From Acidimicrobiia bacterium (GTDB lineage: Bacteria; Actinomycetota; Acidimicrobiia; Acidimicrobiales; Bin134), in NCBI GenBank assembly GCA_022825005.1, contig JAJDYU010000042.1:84949-148948 (forward strand): a DNA stretch of 64,000 nt. Direction: 5' to 3'. Positions 19,216 through 29,829 of this stretch are shown here, in pieces. Below the pieces are notes generated by a model that ran no database searches, had not been told where the DNA came from, and saw only the letters and a program-made list of their open reading frames with translations. The position numbers and the translations under genes are program-made. Every line of letters starts with the position of its first letter. The first letter of the stretch is position 1.

Positions 19216-20427
19216 CTATGCCGCGGGGCGGACCGCCTCGGCCGGATCCATTCGGGATGCCCTCCACGAGGGGTACATGCCAGCCACCAGCCCAACTCCT
19301 ACGGTCACAGCCAGACCGATGATGATGAAGGAGAACTCGATGGTGAAGGGCCAGTCCAGAATCTGGGTGACCACGGCCACCACCGCCAGGCCGAGCACTA
19401 TGCCCATCAGACCGCCGAACAGGGTCAACAGCACCGACTCGATGAGGAACTGCACCGCGATGTGGGATTTCTTGGCCCCCAACGCCCGGCGCACCCCTAT
19501 CTCGCCCCGGCGCTCCAGTACCGAGATCAGCATGATGTTGCCCACCCCGATGGCGCCTACCACGATGATCACAATCACCAGCAGACTGAGCAGGGATTCA
19601 AAATTTTCGCTGATGATCTCTCGTGCTTCTAGATCCAACGACGACACTGCCACCTCGCCGGGGGCCTCGGGATTGGCTTGGCGGGGGAGCAGCTCCCGTA
19701 CCTGTTCGATCACGTCCAGATCGGCTTGAACCCAAATGCGCTCGGGATTGGCGTCGGCATCGTAGAGCCGCTCGGCCACCGTGTATCCGATTAACGCGGC
19801 CCGGTTCAACGTCAAGCCCTGGCTGATGGTGAACGGGTCTAGGATGCCGATGACCGCGAATTCGTGTCCCGATATGTGGATAGTGGGGTTGGCGTAGAGC
19901 TCGTCGAATCCCAGCACCTGAGCAGTGTCGGAGCCCAGAACCACGGTGGGTACATGCACGGTGGCGGCGTCGTGAAATCGGCCGGCGGCCACTCCGCCCC
20001 GCAAGGGGATGAGCAGGTCCAAGTCTTCCTCTTCTACCGCGAACAATCGGATGCCCCCTGTTTCCACTTCGGGAATCAAATCGGTCTTGCGCACGGTGGC
20101 CGGTACCCGGCGGATGGAGGCCACCACGTCGACCAGTTCTCGCATATGGGTGTCGATGGCCGCAGCTGCGCCAGGCAGCAGTTCGGGGTCTTCGGCGAAA
20201 GAGGTGCCGGGGGTCAACTCCAGCACGTCGATCCCTTGCTCTAGGAGGTCGCGTTGGGCATCGGCCTCTCCCGAGTTGATGATGCCCACCAGAGCGATCA
20301 ACGAGGCCACACCGATAGCGATGCCGATGGCGGCCATGGCGGTGCGGCCCTTGCGTGTCCGCAGTCCGAGGGTGCCCAATGAGATGGCATCGCGAGACCG
20401 CAGCCGACTGCGGGAGACATCAGTCAT
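19216..20427 (-). CDS. ABC transporter permease, MacB/FtsX type
   Basis: 403 aa. N-terminal TM helix, large extracytoplasmic domain, C-terminal FtsX-like 3-TM bundle (RRGEIGVRRALGA). Confidence 0.85.
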   Translation of the reverse strand: MTDVSRSRLRSRDAISLGTLGLRTRKGRTAMAAIGIAIGVASLIALVGIINSGEADAQRDLLEQGIDVLELTPGTSFAEDPELLPGAAAAIDTHMRELVDVVASIRRVPATVRKTDLIPEVETGGIRLFAVEEEDLDLLIPLRGGVAAGRFHDAATVHVPTVVLGSDTAQVLGFDELYANPTIHISGHEFAVIGILDPFTISQGLTLNRAALIGYTVAERLYDADANPERIWVQADLDVIEQVRELLPRQANPEAPGEVAVSSLDLEAREIISENFESLLSLLVIVIIVVGAIGVGNIMLISVLERRGEIGVRRALGAKKSHIAVQFLIESVLLTLFGGLMGIVLGLAVVAVVTQILDWPFTIEFSFIIIGLAVTVGVGLVAGMYPSWRASRMDPAEAVRPAA

Positions 20428-20460
20428 GGGGCCGCGGGTTGCCGAGCGGGGCGGGTCATC

Positions 20461-21156
20461 TCAGCCGACTGTCGAGTCGTGGCTGATAAGACCATCGAGG
20501 ATGGCCACCGAGCGGGGCATGCGGGCGGCCAGCTCTCGATCGTGGGTGATGATCACTATGGTCGAGCCTGCCCGGTGAAGTTCCAAGAAGAGCTCCACGA
20601 TCTCCTCAGTGGTCTGAGAGTCGAGGTTCCCGGTGGGCTCATCGGCCAGCACAATCGCCGGGTCGCCCAACAGAGCCCGGGCAATGGCCACGCGCTGGCG
20701 CTCCCCACCGGAGAGCTTGCCCGGCCTCTGGCCCATCCGGTGGCCAAGCCCGACCCGATTCAGCACCTCGCGGGCCATCTGTCGCCGCCATCGGAGGCTG
20801 AGCCCCTGATACAGGTTGCCGGTGGCCACATTGTCGAGAGCCGAGAGCCCTTCCAGCAGATGAAACTGCTGGAACACGAATCCGATTCGATGACCCCGCA
20901 CTCCAGCCACTTCCCGATCTGACAAGTTCGAGAGCGCATGCCCGTCCACCACCACCTCACCTGAGGTGGGATGGTCCAATGCCCCCATAATGTTCAACAT
21001 GGTGCTCTTGCCCGACCCAGAGGGCCCGACCACAGCCACCAGTTCGCCGGCCCGGATTACGAGGTCTACGCCGTCGAGTGCTCGCACCGGGGGAGAACCC
21101 GGGTACTGCTTGACCACGTGGTGCAGTTCAAGCACCTTTCTGGGCTGTGTCAACAT
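20461..21156 (-). CDS. ABC transporter ATP-binding protein (MacB/LolD-like)
   Basis: GPSGSGKST Walker A, LSGGERQR signature, VLADEPT Walker B. Confidence 0.92.
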   Translation of the reverse strand: MLTQPRKVLELHHVVKQYPGSPPVRALDGVDLVIRAGELVAVVGPSGSGKSTMLNIMGALDHPTSGEVVVDGHALSNLSDREVAGVRGHRIGFVFQQFHLLEGLSALDNVATGNLYQGLSLRWRRQMAREVLNRVGLGHRMGQRPGKLSGGERQRVAIARALLGDPAIVLADEPTGNLDSQTTEEIVELFLELHRAGSTIVIITHDRELAARMPRSVAILDGLISHDSTVG

Positions 21157-21185
21157 CTGGACGCCCCTTCGTGGGCTTGGGGCGA

Positions 21186-23099
21186 CTAGGGGATTCGCAC
21201 CAGGTCGCCCACCTGGAGGTCACCGTCGGTGATCTCCACGAAGGCGTCCACGAACGTGCCCACCTGAACCGGGACCAGAGTGGTGGAATCGTCGCCCACC
21301 ACCTCTACGGAGAACCCTCCGTCCACGGTGGCGATCAGCGCGGAGGCGGGGACCACCAAGGCATTGGGGGTTACCTCCTTGGTGATGGTCCAATCCACGG
21401 GAGCGGCGTCGAACCTGGACGACGCCTCACCATCCAATAGAACAATGATTATCTCGATGGTGGGATCTCCCGGGGCGCCGGTCTGGGCGTTGATCAGCCG
21501 AGTGGCCACCCGGGCCACCTCTACCACTGCTCCTGGAGCGATGCGGCCATCGGGCAATTCCACCTCCACGCGGTCCAACCGGTTGACGATCTCGGCATCG
21601 GCGGGATCGAGATCGCTGACGATCTCCTGGTACTGGCCGGTGATGCTAAACGCAGCCGCTTGGGCTGAGATCGTCTGGCCTTCGCTCACATTGACCGATG
21701 AGATGCGGATGGGCTCTTCGATGAATACCACGAAGCCCATTTCGATGGCACCGGTCTCTTCGACGCCCAATCGGTTCTGCCACTCTTCTACAACATCTTC
21801 GGTGACTCGGGTGAACTCCTCATCGATTGTCATGTCCTCGTAGCCGGAAATTCTCATGTCAGCTAGGGCCTGCTCGAGCTGTTCAACGTCGGGGCCGTCT
21901 TCCATGTCGCGTTCAAACCGCCGATACATGGGGCGCTCACCCCGCAGCAGGAAAACCGGATAGCTGTTCACCTCGAAGAGCACGTCGCCCGCATCGAGTA
22001 CATCGCCCTCTTCGGGGAGTCGACCAGTGACGATGCCCGCAGTGTTGGTGTGCAATTGCTCAGGGTCGCCATAGCCGAGGGTGCCCGAGAACTCTTCCGT
22101 GTCGACCAAGTCGCGTCTCACGACCTCCACGGTGTTCAGCTCCTCGGTATCGCGCAGAATGCTGGCATTGACTGTGGGACCCGGGACAGAGGTCTTGGTT
22201 TCTCCCGTTGGCTGCGCAGTGCTGGTCCCTGTGGTCGGAGTTTGCGTACTGCTACCCGATGACTGGGCGCTGACGGTGCTCGAAGCTAGTTCGGACGCTT
22301 GGGCTGGGGTATCGGTCGGAGGCGGTGCGGCTGCTTGGTTGCGCTCGGCGCCGCCCATTACCGGCAAGCACACTCTCAGTGCCGTCTGGATCTCAGAATC
22401 GATGTTTCCACCGCCATCGCCGGCCCCGGGAAAGCCGGTATTGGGATATTGCGCAAAGTCTGGATCAGGGAATTCGTCTAGGCCCTGGTCTCGCATGCAC
22501 TGGGAGAACGCCACCGCGTTCTCCTCCTGCTCCACCTGCTGGACGTTGGTGTCCTGCTGCGGGGCCAGGGCGATCAGCTCGGTGAAGACACCGGCGCATG
22601 TCTGGAGGGCCGGCGCCAATCCCGGCTGGGTGAAGCTCACTCCCGCCTCCTGCATGGCGGTTATGAACGACGCCTGGTCAACAATCTGCGAACTGTCGAT
22701 ATCGGGGAAGTCGGGAAATCCCTCCTCGCGGATACAGCGGGAGAATTCCACAAACGCTTCATCGCGCAACCGCAGCAACTCTTCCTCGGACAGTTCTCCC
22801 TCGGTGTCGGCTTGGGCGGGCACCAGTGTTTCAAACTGCTGGTCAAGATCTGGATCGGCTGGTTGATCGGCAATCTGCTCGTTGTTCGATCCTGGCGCTG
22901 GATCTAGATCGGCCGGGGGATTGTTGATGCGGTCCAGCACGTCGAACAGGCCGTCGGGCAGCACCTCGCTCAGGTCAGTGGTGACCACGTTCTCGTTGTC
23001 GCTGCCCGTCGGGGTGCCGCACGCGGTGGCGATCAGCGCCAGAGCCATCGAGGCGGTGGCCGTGCGAGCAAGTCTTGATTGTGTTCGCAGGAATTTCAT
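21186..23099 (-). CDS. secreted lipoprotein: duplicated Cys-pair module + S/T/P linker + peptidoglycan-binding-like + HlyD/MFP-like C-terminal region (putative exporter adaptor)
   Basis: 637 aa. Signal peptide with lipobox-like LIATAC. Two FS(R/Q)C(I/M)R..G...FPD...C modules, a PG_binding_1-like segment (GPDVEQLEQAL...WQNRLGVEETG), and a beta-rich C-terminus as in periplasmic adaptors. Sits immediately upstream of the ABC ATPase and permease. Confidence 0.7.
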   Translation of the reverse strand: MKFLRTQSRLARTATASMALALIATACGTPTGSDNENVVTTDLSEVLPDGLFDVLDRINNPPADLDPAPGSNNEQIADQPADPDLDQQFETLVPAQADTEGELSEEELLRLRDEAFVEFSRCIREEGFPDFPDIDSSQIVDQASFITAMQEAGVSFTQPGLAPALQTCAGVFTELIALAPQQDTNVQQVEQEENAVAFSQCMRDQGLDEFPDPDFAQYPNTGFPGAGDGGGNIDSEIQTALRVCLPVMGGAERNQAAAPPPTDTPAQASELASSTVSAQSSGSSTQTPTTGTSTAQPTGETKTSVPGPTVNASILRDTEELNTVEVVRRDLVDTEEFSGTLGYGDPEQLHTNTAGIVTGRLPEEGDVLDAGDVLFEVNSYPVFLLRGERPMYRRFERDMEDGPDVEQLEQALADMRISGYEDMTIDEEFTRVTEDVVEEWQNRLGVEETGAIEMGFVVFIEEPIRISSVNVSEGQTISAQAAAFSITGQYQEIVSDLDPADAEIVNRLDRVEVELPDGRIAPGAVVEVARVATRLINAQTGAPGDPTIEIIIVLLDGEASSRFDAAPVDWTITKEVTPNALVVPASALIATVDGGFSVEVVGDDSTTLVPVQVGTFVDAFVEITDGDLQVGDLVRIP

Positions 23100-23935
23100 G
23101 ATGTCTCCAATCCGAACATTCTCCGGGCGTTGTCCCCGGCTATTGCCACCTTGTCGTCGTCAGACAGGTCGGACTCCAGGAGTTGTCCGAGGATGTGGCT
23201 GATGCGCTGGCCCAAGGGCCATGAGTAGAGATCGGTTCCATATACATAGCGGTGAGCGCCGTGCTGGCGGACATGGTTCGCAATGAAATCGAAATTGTAC
23301 GAAAGGCTGCAATCAAACACCAGATTGGGATAAGTGGCGGCCAGGTGTCCGCAGTGCTTGGTGCCCTCGTGGGTGGAGTAGCCGTCGAGCACCAGCATGG
23401 TCAGATCTGGGTGGCGAGAGGCCAGCTGTCCCACCTTCCACAGAGACTCCTCTGCACTCTCGTCCAGGGCGTGGACCACCGGCAGCAGGCCTAATTCGCC
23501 CATGGCCCCGACATAGGTGGTCACCCAGTGGTTGTCGATGCTCACCCCTTGGAAGCGGGTGTGGAAGCTAATCCCAGCCAGCCCCAGAGGCCCGGCGGCC
23601 CGCTCCAACTCGGCCAGGCTTATTTCGCCGTCTCGGGGTTCCACGATGCCGATGGCCACCGGGAAGCGATCCGGATTGGCGTCTCGGTAGGCCGCGATTT
23701 TGTCATTCTCGGCCTGGGTGTCGGCATGGCCGTTGGGTCGCAGATACCCGTGGCCGGGAATCACCGCGGCCTGCTCGATTCCGCCGCTGTCCATGATCTC
23801 GAGACGCTTGGCCAGCTCCAATGCGGCATACGCCTCGGGATCGGGAGCCTCCTCGGGCGGCAGGCCCAGGGCCCCTGAGGCGTCGCCAACGTGGTGGTGG
23901 ACGTCGAAAACCGATATGCCCGAGGTAGCGCCCAC
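23096..23935 (-). CDS. amidohydrolase-2 family metal-dependent hydrolase (TIM barrel)
   Basis: 279 aa. VFDVHHHV metal-binding HxH near the N-terminus. Its stop overlaps the downstream start (ATGA at 23096-23099). Confidence 0.8.
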   Translation of the reverse strand: MGATSGISVFDVHHHVGDASGALGLPPEEAPDPEAYAALELAKRLEIMDSGGIEQAAVIPGHGYLRPNGHADTQAENDKIAAYRDANPDRFPVAIGIVEPRDGEISLAELERAAGPLGLAGISFHTRFQGVSIDNHWVTTYVGAMGELGLLPVVHALDESAEESLWKVGQLASRHPDLTMLVLDGYSTHEGTKHCGHLAATYPNLVFDCSLSYNFDFIANHVRQHGAHRYVYGTDLYSWPLGQRISHILGQLLESDLSDDDKVAIAGDNARRMFGLETS

Positions 23936-23937
23936 CG

Positions 23938-24738
23938 CTATCTCCGCTTGAACTCGGGCTTTCGCTTCTGGCTGAAGGCCAGCGGCCCCTCTTTGGCGTC
24001 ATCGCTTTGGAACACCTTCCAGCCGTATTCGAACTCGTGGGCTAGGGCCTCTTCTTCGGTCATGCCGTCGGTCTCGTGCAGGGTGCGCAATATGGCCTCC
24101 ACGGCCAGAGGACCGTTCTCGCAGATGACAGCGGCGATCTCCTTGGCCTTGTCCAAAGCCTGGCCGTCGGGCACCACATGGCCGACCAAGCCGATGTCTT
24201 TGGCCTCGGCGGCGGTGATGTGCTTGCCGGTGAGCAGGATCTCCGCGGCGACGGTGTAGGGGATTTGGCGGCGCAGCCGCACCGCGGAGCCTCCCATGGG
24301 ATAAAGCGACCACCGGGCCTCAGACACACCGAACCGGGCGCTCTCTCCGGCCACGCGTATGTCCATGGCCTGGAGGATCTCGGTGCCGCCAGCTATGGCC
24401 ACGCCTTCCACCGCAGCGATAATCGGCTTGGTGGGCCGGTAACTGCGCAGCAGTGCCTTCCAGTGGAGTTCGGGATCGGCGGCCTGGCGGGCGGCCACGT
24501 CGATCTCGGGGTCGGCGTTGCCGGCATCGCCGCTCATGGCCTTCAGATCGGCCCCCGAGCTGAAGTTGCCCCCCGCGCCGGTCACAATGATGCAGCGGAT
24601 GTCGTCGTTGTTGTCCGCCTCCTCGTAGGCGCCCAACATCCGCACCATCATGGCCCCCGACAAGGCGTTGTAGCGCTCGGGGCGGTTCATGGTGATGATG
24701 ATTGATTGGCCGTCTCGTTCCACGATGGCATCGGGCAC
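23938..24738 (-). CDS. enoyl-CoA hydratase/isomerase family
   Basis: 266 aa, GTG start preceded by [45 protein letters not shown]. Confidence 0.88.
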   Translation of the reverse strand: MPDAIVERDGQSIIITMNRPERYNALSGAMMVRMLGAYEEADNNDDIRCIIVTGAGGNFSSGADLKAMSGDAGNADPEIDVAARQAADPELHWKALLRSYRPTKPIIAAVEGVAIAGGTEILQAMDIRVAGESARFGVSEARWSLYPMGGSAVRLRRQIPYTVAAEILLTGKHITAAEAKDIGLVGHVVPDGQALDKAKEIAAVICENGPLAVEAILRTLHETDGMTEEEALAHEFEYGWKVFQSDDAKEGPLAFSQKRKPEFKRR

Positions 24739-24826
24739 CGGCTGGTCTCCTTTGTTTCAGGCCACAAATCTGGCAGCCCCCGAAAACTAGTGGGCCGGTG
24801 GGTTCTGGGGCGAAACGGCTGTGGGC

Positions 24827-27742
24827 CTACGAGGCGGGTTCTTGGAGGTCCTCGATGGGCGGGCAGGCGCAGAAAACGTTCTTGTCACCGTGGGCCCCGT
24901 CGATGCGCCCGATCGGGGGCCAGTACTTTCGGTCCCGGAAACCGGGAAGGCCGAACGCGGCCTGCTCTCGGGTATAGGGACGGTCCCAGGCGCTACTAGT
25001 GATGGCGTCAGCGGTGTGAGGCGCCCGCCGCAGCGGGCTGTCCTCCATCGTGATCAGCCCGTCGGCCACCTGGTCGATCTCGGCTCGGATGGCGACCATG
25101 GCCGCCACGAAGCGGTCGAGCTCGACCTTGGACTCCGACTCGGTGGGCTCGACCATCAGCGTTCCCGCCACCGGGAACGAAACGGTGGGAGCGTGGAAGC
25201 CGAAATCGATGAGCCGCTTGGCCACGTCCTCTACCGTGACTCCGGTCTGGGCGTGGAGGGGCCGCAGGTCGATGATGCACTCATGGGCCACCAGGCCGTT
25301 CTCGCCGGTGTAGAGCACCGGGAACATCCCATCGAGGTGTTTGGCCAGGTAGTTGGCGCTTAGCAGGGCCACACCCGTGGCCTCGGTTAGCCCTTCGCCG
25401 CCCATGGCGGTTATGTAGGCCCAGGAGATTGGCAGAATGCCCGCGGAGCCCCAAGGAGCGGCTGAAATCGCCCCCACACCCGTGGACGGGCCGGCTTCGG
25501 CCACCACCGGGTGGTTGGGCAGGTGTGGGGCGAGATGGGGGCCGACCGCCACTGGACCCACCCCGGGTCCGCCGCCGCCGTGGGGAATGCAAAACGTCTT
25601 GTGGAGGTTCAGGTGGGAAACATCGGCCCCGAACTGGCCGGGTTGGGCCACCCCCACCAGTGCATTCAGGTTTGCCCCGTCCAGATACACCTGCCCCCCA
25701 TAGGCGTGGATCAGGTCGCATACCTCGGTCACAGTGGCCTCGTATACGCCGTGGGTGGACGGGTAGGTGATCATCAGGGCGCTGAGGCGGTCGTCGTGCT
25801 CAACCACCTTGGACTTGAGATCTTCCAAGTCCACGTTGCCGTTGTCGTCGCATTTGACCACCACCACCTTCATCCCGGCCATGACTGCGCTGGCCGCATT
25901 GGTGCCGTGGGCCGAGGCTGGGATCAAACAAATATCCCGCTGTGTTTCGCCTCGGGCTGTGTGGTAGCCCCGGATGGCCAGCAGCCCAGCCAACTCTCCT
26001 TGCGACCCGGCGTTGGGCTGGAGCGACACCGCGGCGTATCCGGTGATGGTCACCAGCATCTGTTCCAGCTCGTGGATCATTTCCCGGTATCCCACGGTCT
26101 GGTCGGCCGGGGCAAAGGGATGCATGGCGGCGAACTCGGGCCAGCTCACCGGCTCCATCTGAGTGGTGGCGTTCAGCTTCATGGTGCACGACCCCAGCGG
26201 GATCATGGTGCGGTCCAGGGCCAGGTCCTTGGAGGCCAAGTGGCGCAGATAGCGCAGCATCTCGGTCTCGCTGTGATATCGGTGGAAAGTCGGATGGGTC
26301 AGGTACTCGCTGGCGCGGATGCTGTCGGGCGCCAGGGCGTCGGGAGTGGTCGCGTCAAGATCGTCGATGTCCTGGAGATCAGCGGCAATCCCAAAGGCCC
26401 GCCACAAGGAGACCACCGTGCTTCGGGTGGAGGTCTCGTCCAAAGAGAATCCCACGGTGTCGTCGTCAACTGGGCGCAGGTTGAGCCCCTCGGCCAATGC
26501 CGCGGCCACAATCTCAGAGGCTTGGCCGGGCACTCGGACGGTAACGGTGTCGAAGAAGTGCTCGGCGGCCAACTCGAAGCCGGCCTGGCGCAACCCGTGG
26601 GCGGAAATGGCGGTCAGGCGGTGGACCCGCTGGGCGATGCGAGCCAGCCCTTCGGGGCCGTGGTACACGGCGTACATGGCGGCCATAACCGCCAACAGCA
26701 CCTGCGCGGTGCAGATGTTGCTGGTGGCCCGCTCTCGGCGGATGTGCTGCTCTCGAGTCTGGAGGGTGAGCCGGTAGGCCACCGCGCCGGCGTCGTCGAT
26801 CGATACCCCGGCCAATCGGCCAGGAAGCGATCGCATGGCGGACTCGGGCACGGATATGAACCCGGCGTGAGGGCCGCCGAAGCCCAGCGGCACCCCGAAC
26901 CGCTGTGAGGAGCCCACCACCACGTCGGCGCCCAGTTCCCCAGGCGGGGTCAGCAGGCAAAGCGCCAACAGATCGGTGGCCACTGCTACCAGGGCATTGA
27001 CGTTGTGCGCGGCGGCAATGATCCCGCTCAGGTCGCCGATGCGCCCCGAACTGCCGGGATACGACACCAGCATTCCAAACGCCCCGTCAGCCAACTCCTC
27101 GATGTCGGCCTGCTCCAGATCGGCGACCACCACCTCGATGCCCAGCGGTTCGGCGCGGGTGGCCACAACGTCGATGGTCTGGGGATGGGTGTCGGCATCC
27201 ACGATGAACCGGTCGTCGGGTGCTTTGCGGTTGAGCCTCCGCAGCAGCGTCATGGCCTCAGCCGCCGCGGTGCCCTCATCGAGCAGCGAGGCGTTGGCCA
27301 TGCCCATGGCGCACAAATCGGTGACCAGGGTCTGGAAATTGATCAGCGCCTCCAGACGGCCCTGCGAGATCTCCGGCTGATACGGCGTGTAGGCGGTGTA
27401 CCAGGCCGGATTCTCCAGCACATTGCGGCGGATCACTGGCGGGGTGATGGTGTCGTAGTAGCCCATGCCGATCAGCGATGTGACCACCGAGTTGCGGTCA
27501 GCCAGCGCTCGCAGTGCCTCGGTGGTGGCCGCCTCAGTCAGTCCCGGGGGCAGCTCCAGAGGACTGTCGGCGCGGATATTGGGCGGTACGGCGGCGTCCA
27601 CCAGAGCCGAGAGGCTATCGAAGCCCAGATCCGCCAGCATGGCCTTCTGGTCATCGGCGCTGGGGCCGATGTGGCGGGCTTGGAACTCACTGGGGTTTTC
27701 CAGCGCGGCCAGGCTGTTGGGAGTGTCCGGCGGGGATGACAT
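24827..27742 (-). CDS. gcvP: glycine dehydrogenase (decarboxylating), glycine cleavage P protein
   Basis: 971 aa single-chain P protein. [21 protein letters not shown]-lysine motif. Confidence 0.97.
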   Translation of the reverse strand: MSSPPDTPNSLAALENPSEFQARHIGPSADDQKAMLADLGFDSLSALVDAAVPPNIRADSPLELPPGLTEAATTEALRALADRNSVVTSLIGMGYYDTITPPVIRRNVLENPAWYTAYTPYQPEISQGRLEALINFQTLVTDLCAMGMANASLLDEGTAAAEAMTLLRRLNRKAPDDRFIVDADTHPQTIDVVATRAEPLGIEVVVADLEQADIEELADGAFGMLVSYPGSSGRIGDLSGIIAAAHNVNALVAVATDLLALCLLTPPGELGADVVVGSSQRFGVPLGFGGPHAGFISVPESAMRSLPGRLAGVSIDDAGAVAYRLTLQTREQHIRRERATSNICTAQVLLAVMAAMYAVYHGPEGLARIAQRVHRLTAISAHGLRQAGFELAAEHFFDTVTVRVPGQASEIVAAALAEGLNLRPVDDDTVGFSLDETSTRSTVVSLWRAFGIAADLQDIDDLDATTPDALAPDSIRASEYLTHPTFHRYHSETEMLRYLRHLASKDLALDRTMIPLGSCTMKLNATTQMEPVSWPEFAAMHPFAPADQTVGYREMIHELEQMLVTITGYAAVSLQPNAGSQGELAGLLAIRGYHTARGETQRDICLIPASAHGTNAASAVMAGMKVVVVKCDDNGNVDLEDLKSKVVEHDDRLSALMITYPSTHGVYEATVTEVCDLIHAYGGQVYLDGANLNALVGVAQPGQFGADVSHLNLHKTFCIPHGGGGPGVGPVAVGPHLAPHLPNHPVVAEAGPSTGVGAISAAPWGSAGILPISWAYITAMGGEGLTEATGVALLSANYLAKHLDGMFPVLYTGENGLVAHECIIDLRPLHAQTGVTVEDVAKRLIDFGFHAPTVSFPVAGTLMVEPTESESKVELDRFVAAMVAIRAEIDQVADGLITMEDSPLRRAPHTADAITSSAWDRPYTREQAAFGLPGFRDRKYWPPIGRIDGAHGDKNVFCACPPIEDLQEPAS

Positions 27743-27757
27743 GGTGGATCTGAGGAA

Positions 27758-28855
27758 CTAGGGGGCTACTGCGGCTCCATCGGTGAGTCCATAGCGGTTG
27801 AACGGCCCGAAGAAGCCGTGCTCGTACAGGCCGTAGCCCACATTGCCTTCGTAGCTGTAGCGGGCCACATGGTCAACCACGCCGTATTGTCCAAGTGGCT
27901 TGACTTCTTTCTCCACGCTCAACACCTTGCCTTGAACTACCAGATCGGGCCCCTGGTACATACCGTGGCGCCAATCAGCATCCATGCCGTACCCGGTGCC
28001 CACTGAGACAAAGTTTACCAGCAGAGGTTGGCAGTCGATATCAATGCCAGCCTCAGGAAACGAGATGGTGGAGTGGGTGAGCACCCGGGTACCCGACTCG
28101 AAGGTGTGATCGTGCTCGGGCCGGCCCAGATCCTCGTCGGGGCGGCCATCGGCCCACACCCTTTTGCCCTCCACTAGCCGGCGGTCGCCGTTGTCTTCCT
28201 CATTGTTCATGTAGAGCACGGCGTGGTCGTCGAACATCATCGGGAAGTAGTTCCACATTCCGGCCATGACATTGACCCCTTGGCGGATGCCGTCGCCCTC
28301 GGGCTCGCCAATGGGGCGGATGCCCCATGAGCGGTCGCGGGCGCCGCCCCACCGGTCGGGGGTCACTGCGAAGTCCTCACCGCCCACCGATAGGATGCCC
28401 TCCCACCGGCCGAGTTGGGCGAAACGCTGGGTGTTGAACACCACGCGCCCCTCGCTGCGAATGAATTGGTTGGGTTCCTCGATGGCCCGGATTGACGCAT
28501 CCCAGGTCACGTCCATGGCAATGGTGTGCTCGTTGGGTTCCACGATGAAGCGCACCTTTTGGAGAGGCTCAATGACCTCGATGCGCATGGGGCCGACCGA
28601 CATGTCCATCCGGTCGGTAAGCGGACGGGAGCCCCGGATCACATGGTGCTCGTCGTCCCGGCGCACACAGCAGAAAGCGTCATGGACACCCAGATTGGGG
28701 TACTGGCCCATGCCGAATATGGCGAACAGCTCATCACTGGAGCCGTGCATACAGAAGTAGTTGCGGTCGTAGAAGTTCCTGTCGGAGGTGCCCGCGTGGC
28801 GAATCCAGTTGGGTGATTGGTGGACTGGGAACTCGTCCCATGAGGAGATGGCCAT
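27758..28855 (-). CDS. conserved hypothetical protein (no family I can name with confidence)
   Basis: Start trimmed to MAISSWDEFPVHQSP (ATG comp. 28853-28855). 366 aa, soluble, globular composition. WGGARDRSWGIRP and MDADWRHG segments. Only 15 nt upstream of gcvP. Confidence 0.7.
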   Translation of the reverse strand: MAISSWDEFPVHQSPNWIRHAGTSDRNFYDRNYFCMHGSSDELFAIFGMGQYPNLGVHDAFCCVRRDDEHHVIRGSRPLTDRMDMSVGPMRIEVIEPLQKVRFIVEPNEHTIAMDVTWDASIRAIEEPNQFIRSEGRVVFNTQRFAQLGRWEGILSVGGEDFAVTPDRWGGARDRSWGIRPIGEPEGDGIRQGVNVMAGMWNYFPMMFDDHAVLYMNNEEDNGDRRLVEGKRVWADGRPDEDLGRPEHDHTFESGTRVLTHSTISFPEAGIDIDCQPLLVNFVSVGTGYGMDADWRHGMYQGPDLVVQGKVLSVEKEVKPLGQYGVVDHVARYSYEGNVGYGLYEHGFFGPFNRYGLTDGAAVAP

Positions 28856-28925
28856 TGCCGTCCTTTCAGTAACCGTTGCGCGGTGGCCTACCTTATGTCC
28901 TCGTAGCAACGGCAATAGAAGGCAG

Positions 28926-29693
28926 ATGGCCATGAATAACACGATGGAAGGCAAGGTGGCTCTGGTCACCGGTGGGGCCAGCGGGATCGGCCAAGCCGCC
29001 GCGGTGCTGTTTGCCCGGAGGGGGGCGAGCGTAGCGGTGGCCGACCGCAACGCGGAGGGCGGTGCCGAGACGGTGGCTCTGGTGGAGGCCGAAGGAGGCC
29101 AGGGCCAGTTCTTCGCCACGGATGTGACCGACGAAGACCAAGTGGCAGCCCTGGTGGCTTCGGTAGTGTCGGAATTCGGCCAGCTCGACTACGCCTTCAA
29201 CAATGCGGGCATCACCCATCCTTCCCGCCTCTTCCACGAGCTCACGCTCGAGCAATGGGATGAGATGATCGCGGTGAACCTGACCTCGGTGTTTCTGTGC
29301 ATGAAACACGAGATCATCCAGATGCTGGCCCAGGGCGGAGGAGCCATCGTGAACACCGCGTCGGGGGCGGCGCTCATTCCCGCACCCGGCCAGCCTCACT
29401 ACACCGCGGCCAAGCGGGGAGTGCTGGGGCTAACCACCTACGCCGCCGACGAGCTCAACAACAAGGGCATCCGGGTGAATGCCATCTGCCCGGGCATGAT
29501 CGACACACCCATGGTGGCATCGTGGCGGGAGTCGAGCCCGGAGATGGCCGAAGCCGTGATCCAGATGATGCCGGGGGGGCGCCTGGGGCTGCCCGTGGAG
29601 GTGGCTGAGGCCGCGGTATGGCTGTGCAGCGACGAAGCCCGCTGGGTATCGGGCGACACCATGGTGGTGGACGGCGGAATGCTCAACCGGTAA
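28926..29693 (+). CDS. SDR family oxidoreductase
   Basis: Start trimmed to MAMNNTMEGKVALVTGGASGIGQA. NNAG, YTAAK motifs. Confidence 0.88.
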   Translation: MAMNNTMEGKVALVTGGASGIGQAAAVLFARRGASVAVADRNAEGGAETVALVEAEGGQGQFFATDVTDEDQVAALVASVVSEFGQLDYAFNNAGITHPSRLFHELTLEQWDEMIAVNLTSVFLCMKHEIIQMLAQGGGAIVNTASGAALIPAPGQPHYTAAKRGVLGLTTYAADELNNKGIRVNAICPGMIDTPMVASWRESSPEMAEAVIQMMPGGRLGLPVEVAEAAVWLCSDEARWVSGDTMVVDGGMLNR

Positions 29694-29733
29694 GTGTGTC
29701 GCGCGCGTCCGGGCGGCGGGTCCTGTCACCTAC

Positions 29734-29766
29734 GGCGGCTTGGCCGGCGGAGCGGCCAAGTCCGCC
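29734..29766 (+). terminator. GC-rich hairpin downstream of the SDR gene
   Basis: GGCGGCTTGGCC-ggcggagc-GGCCAAG(t)CCGCC: 12-bp stem with one bulge, 41 nt after the 29693 stop. Confidence 0.4.
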
Positions 29767-29829
29767 TACGGTGCCACCCACCGCCCTCTGGGGGTGCCTC
29801 CTGCGTGGTTGAGCCCATAAGGTCTTGGT

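Noticed and set aside
25511-26908. 465-aa ORF on the plus strand
   Set aside because: It is antisense to gcvP, which is unambiguous. It has a low-complexity G/V/H/R-rich translation.
27743-27757. Expected glycine riboswitch upstream of gcvP
   Set aside because: Only 15 nt separate gcvP from the upstream gene. The 70-nt region upstream of that gene (28856-28925) is too short and lacks the glycine-aptamer core sequences. No riboswitch is called.
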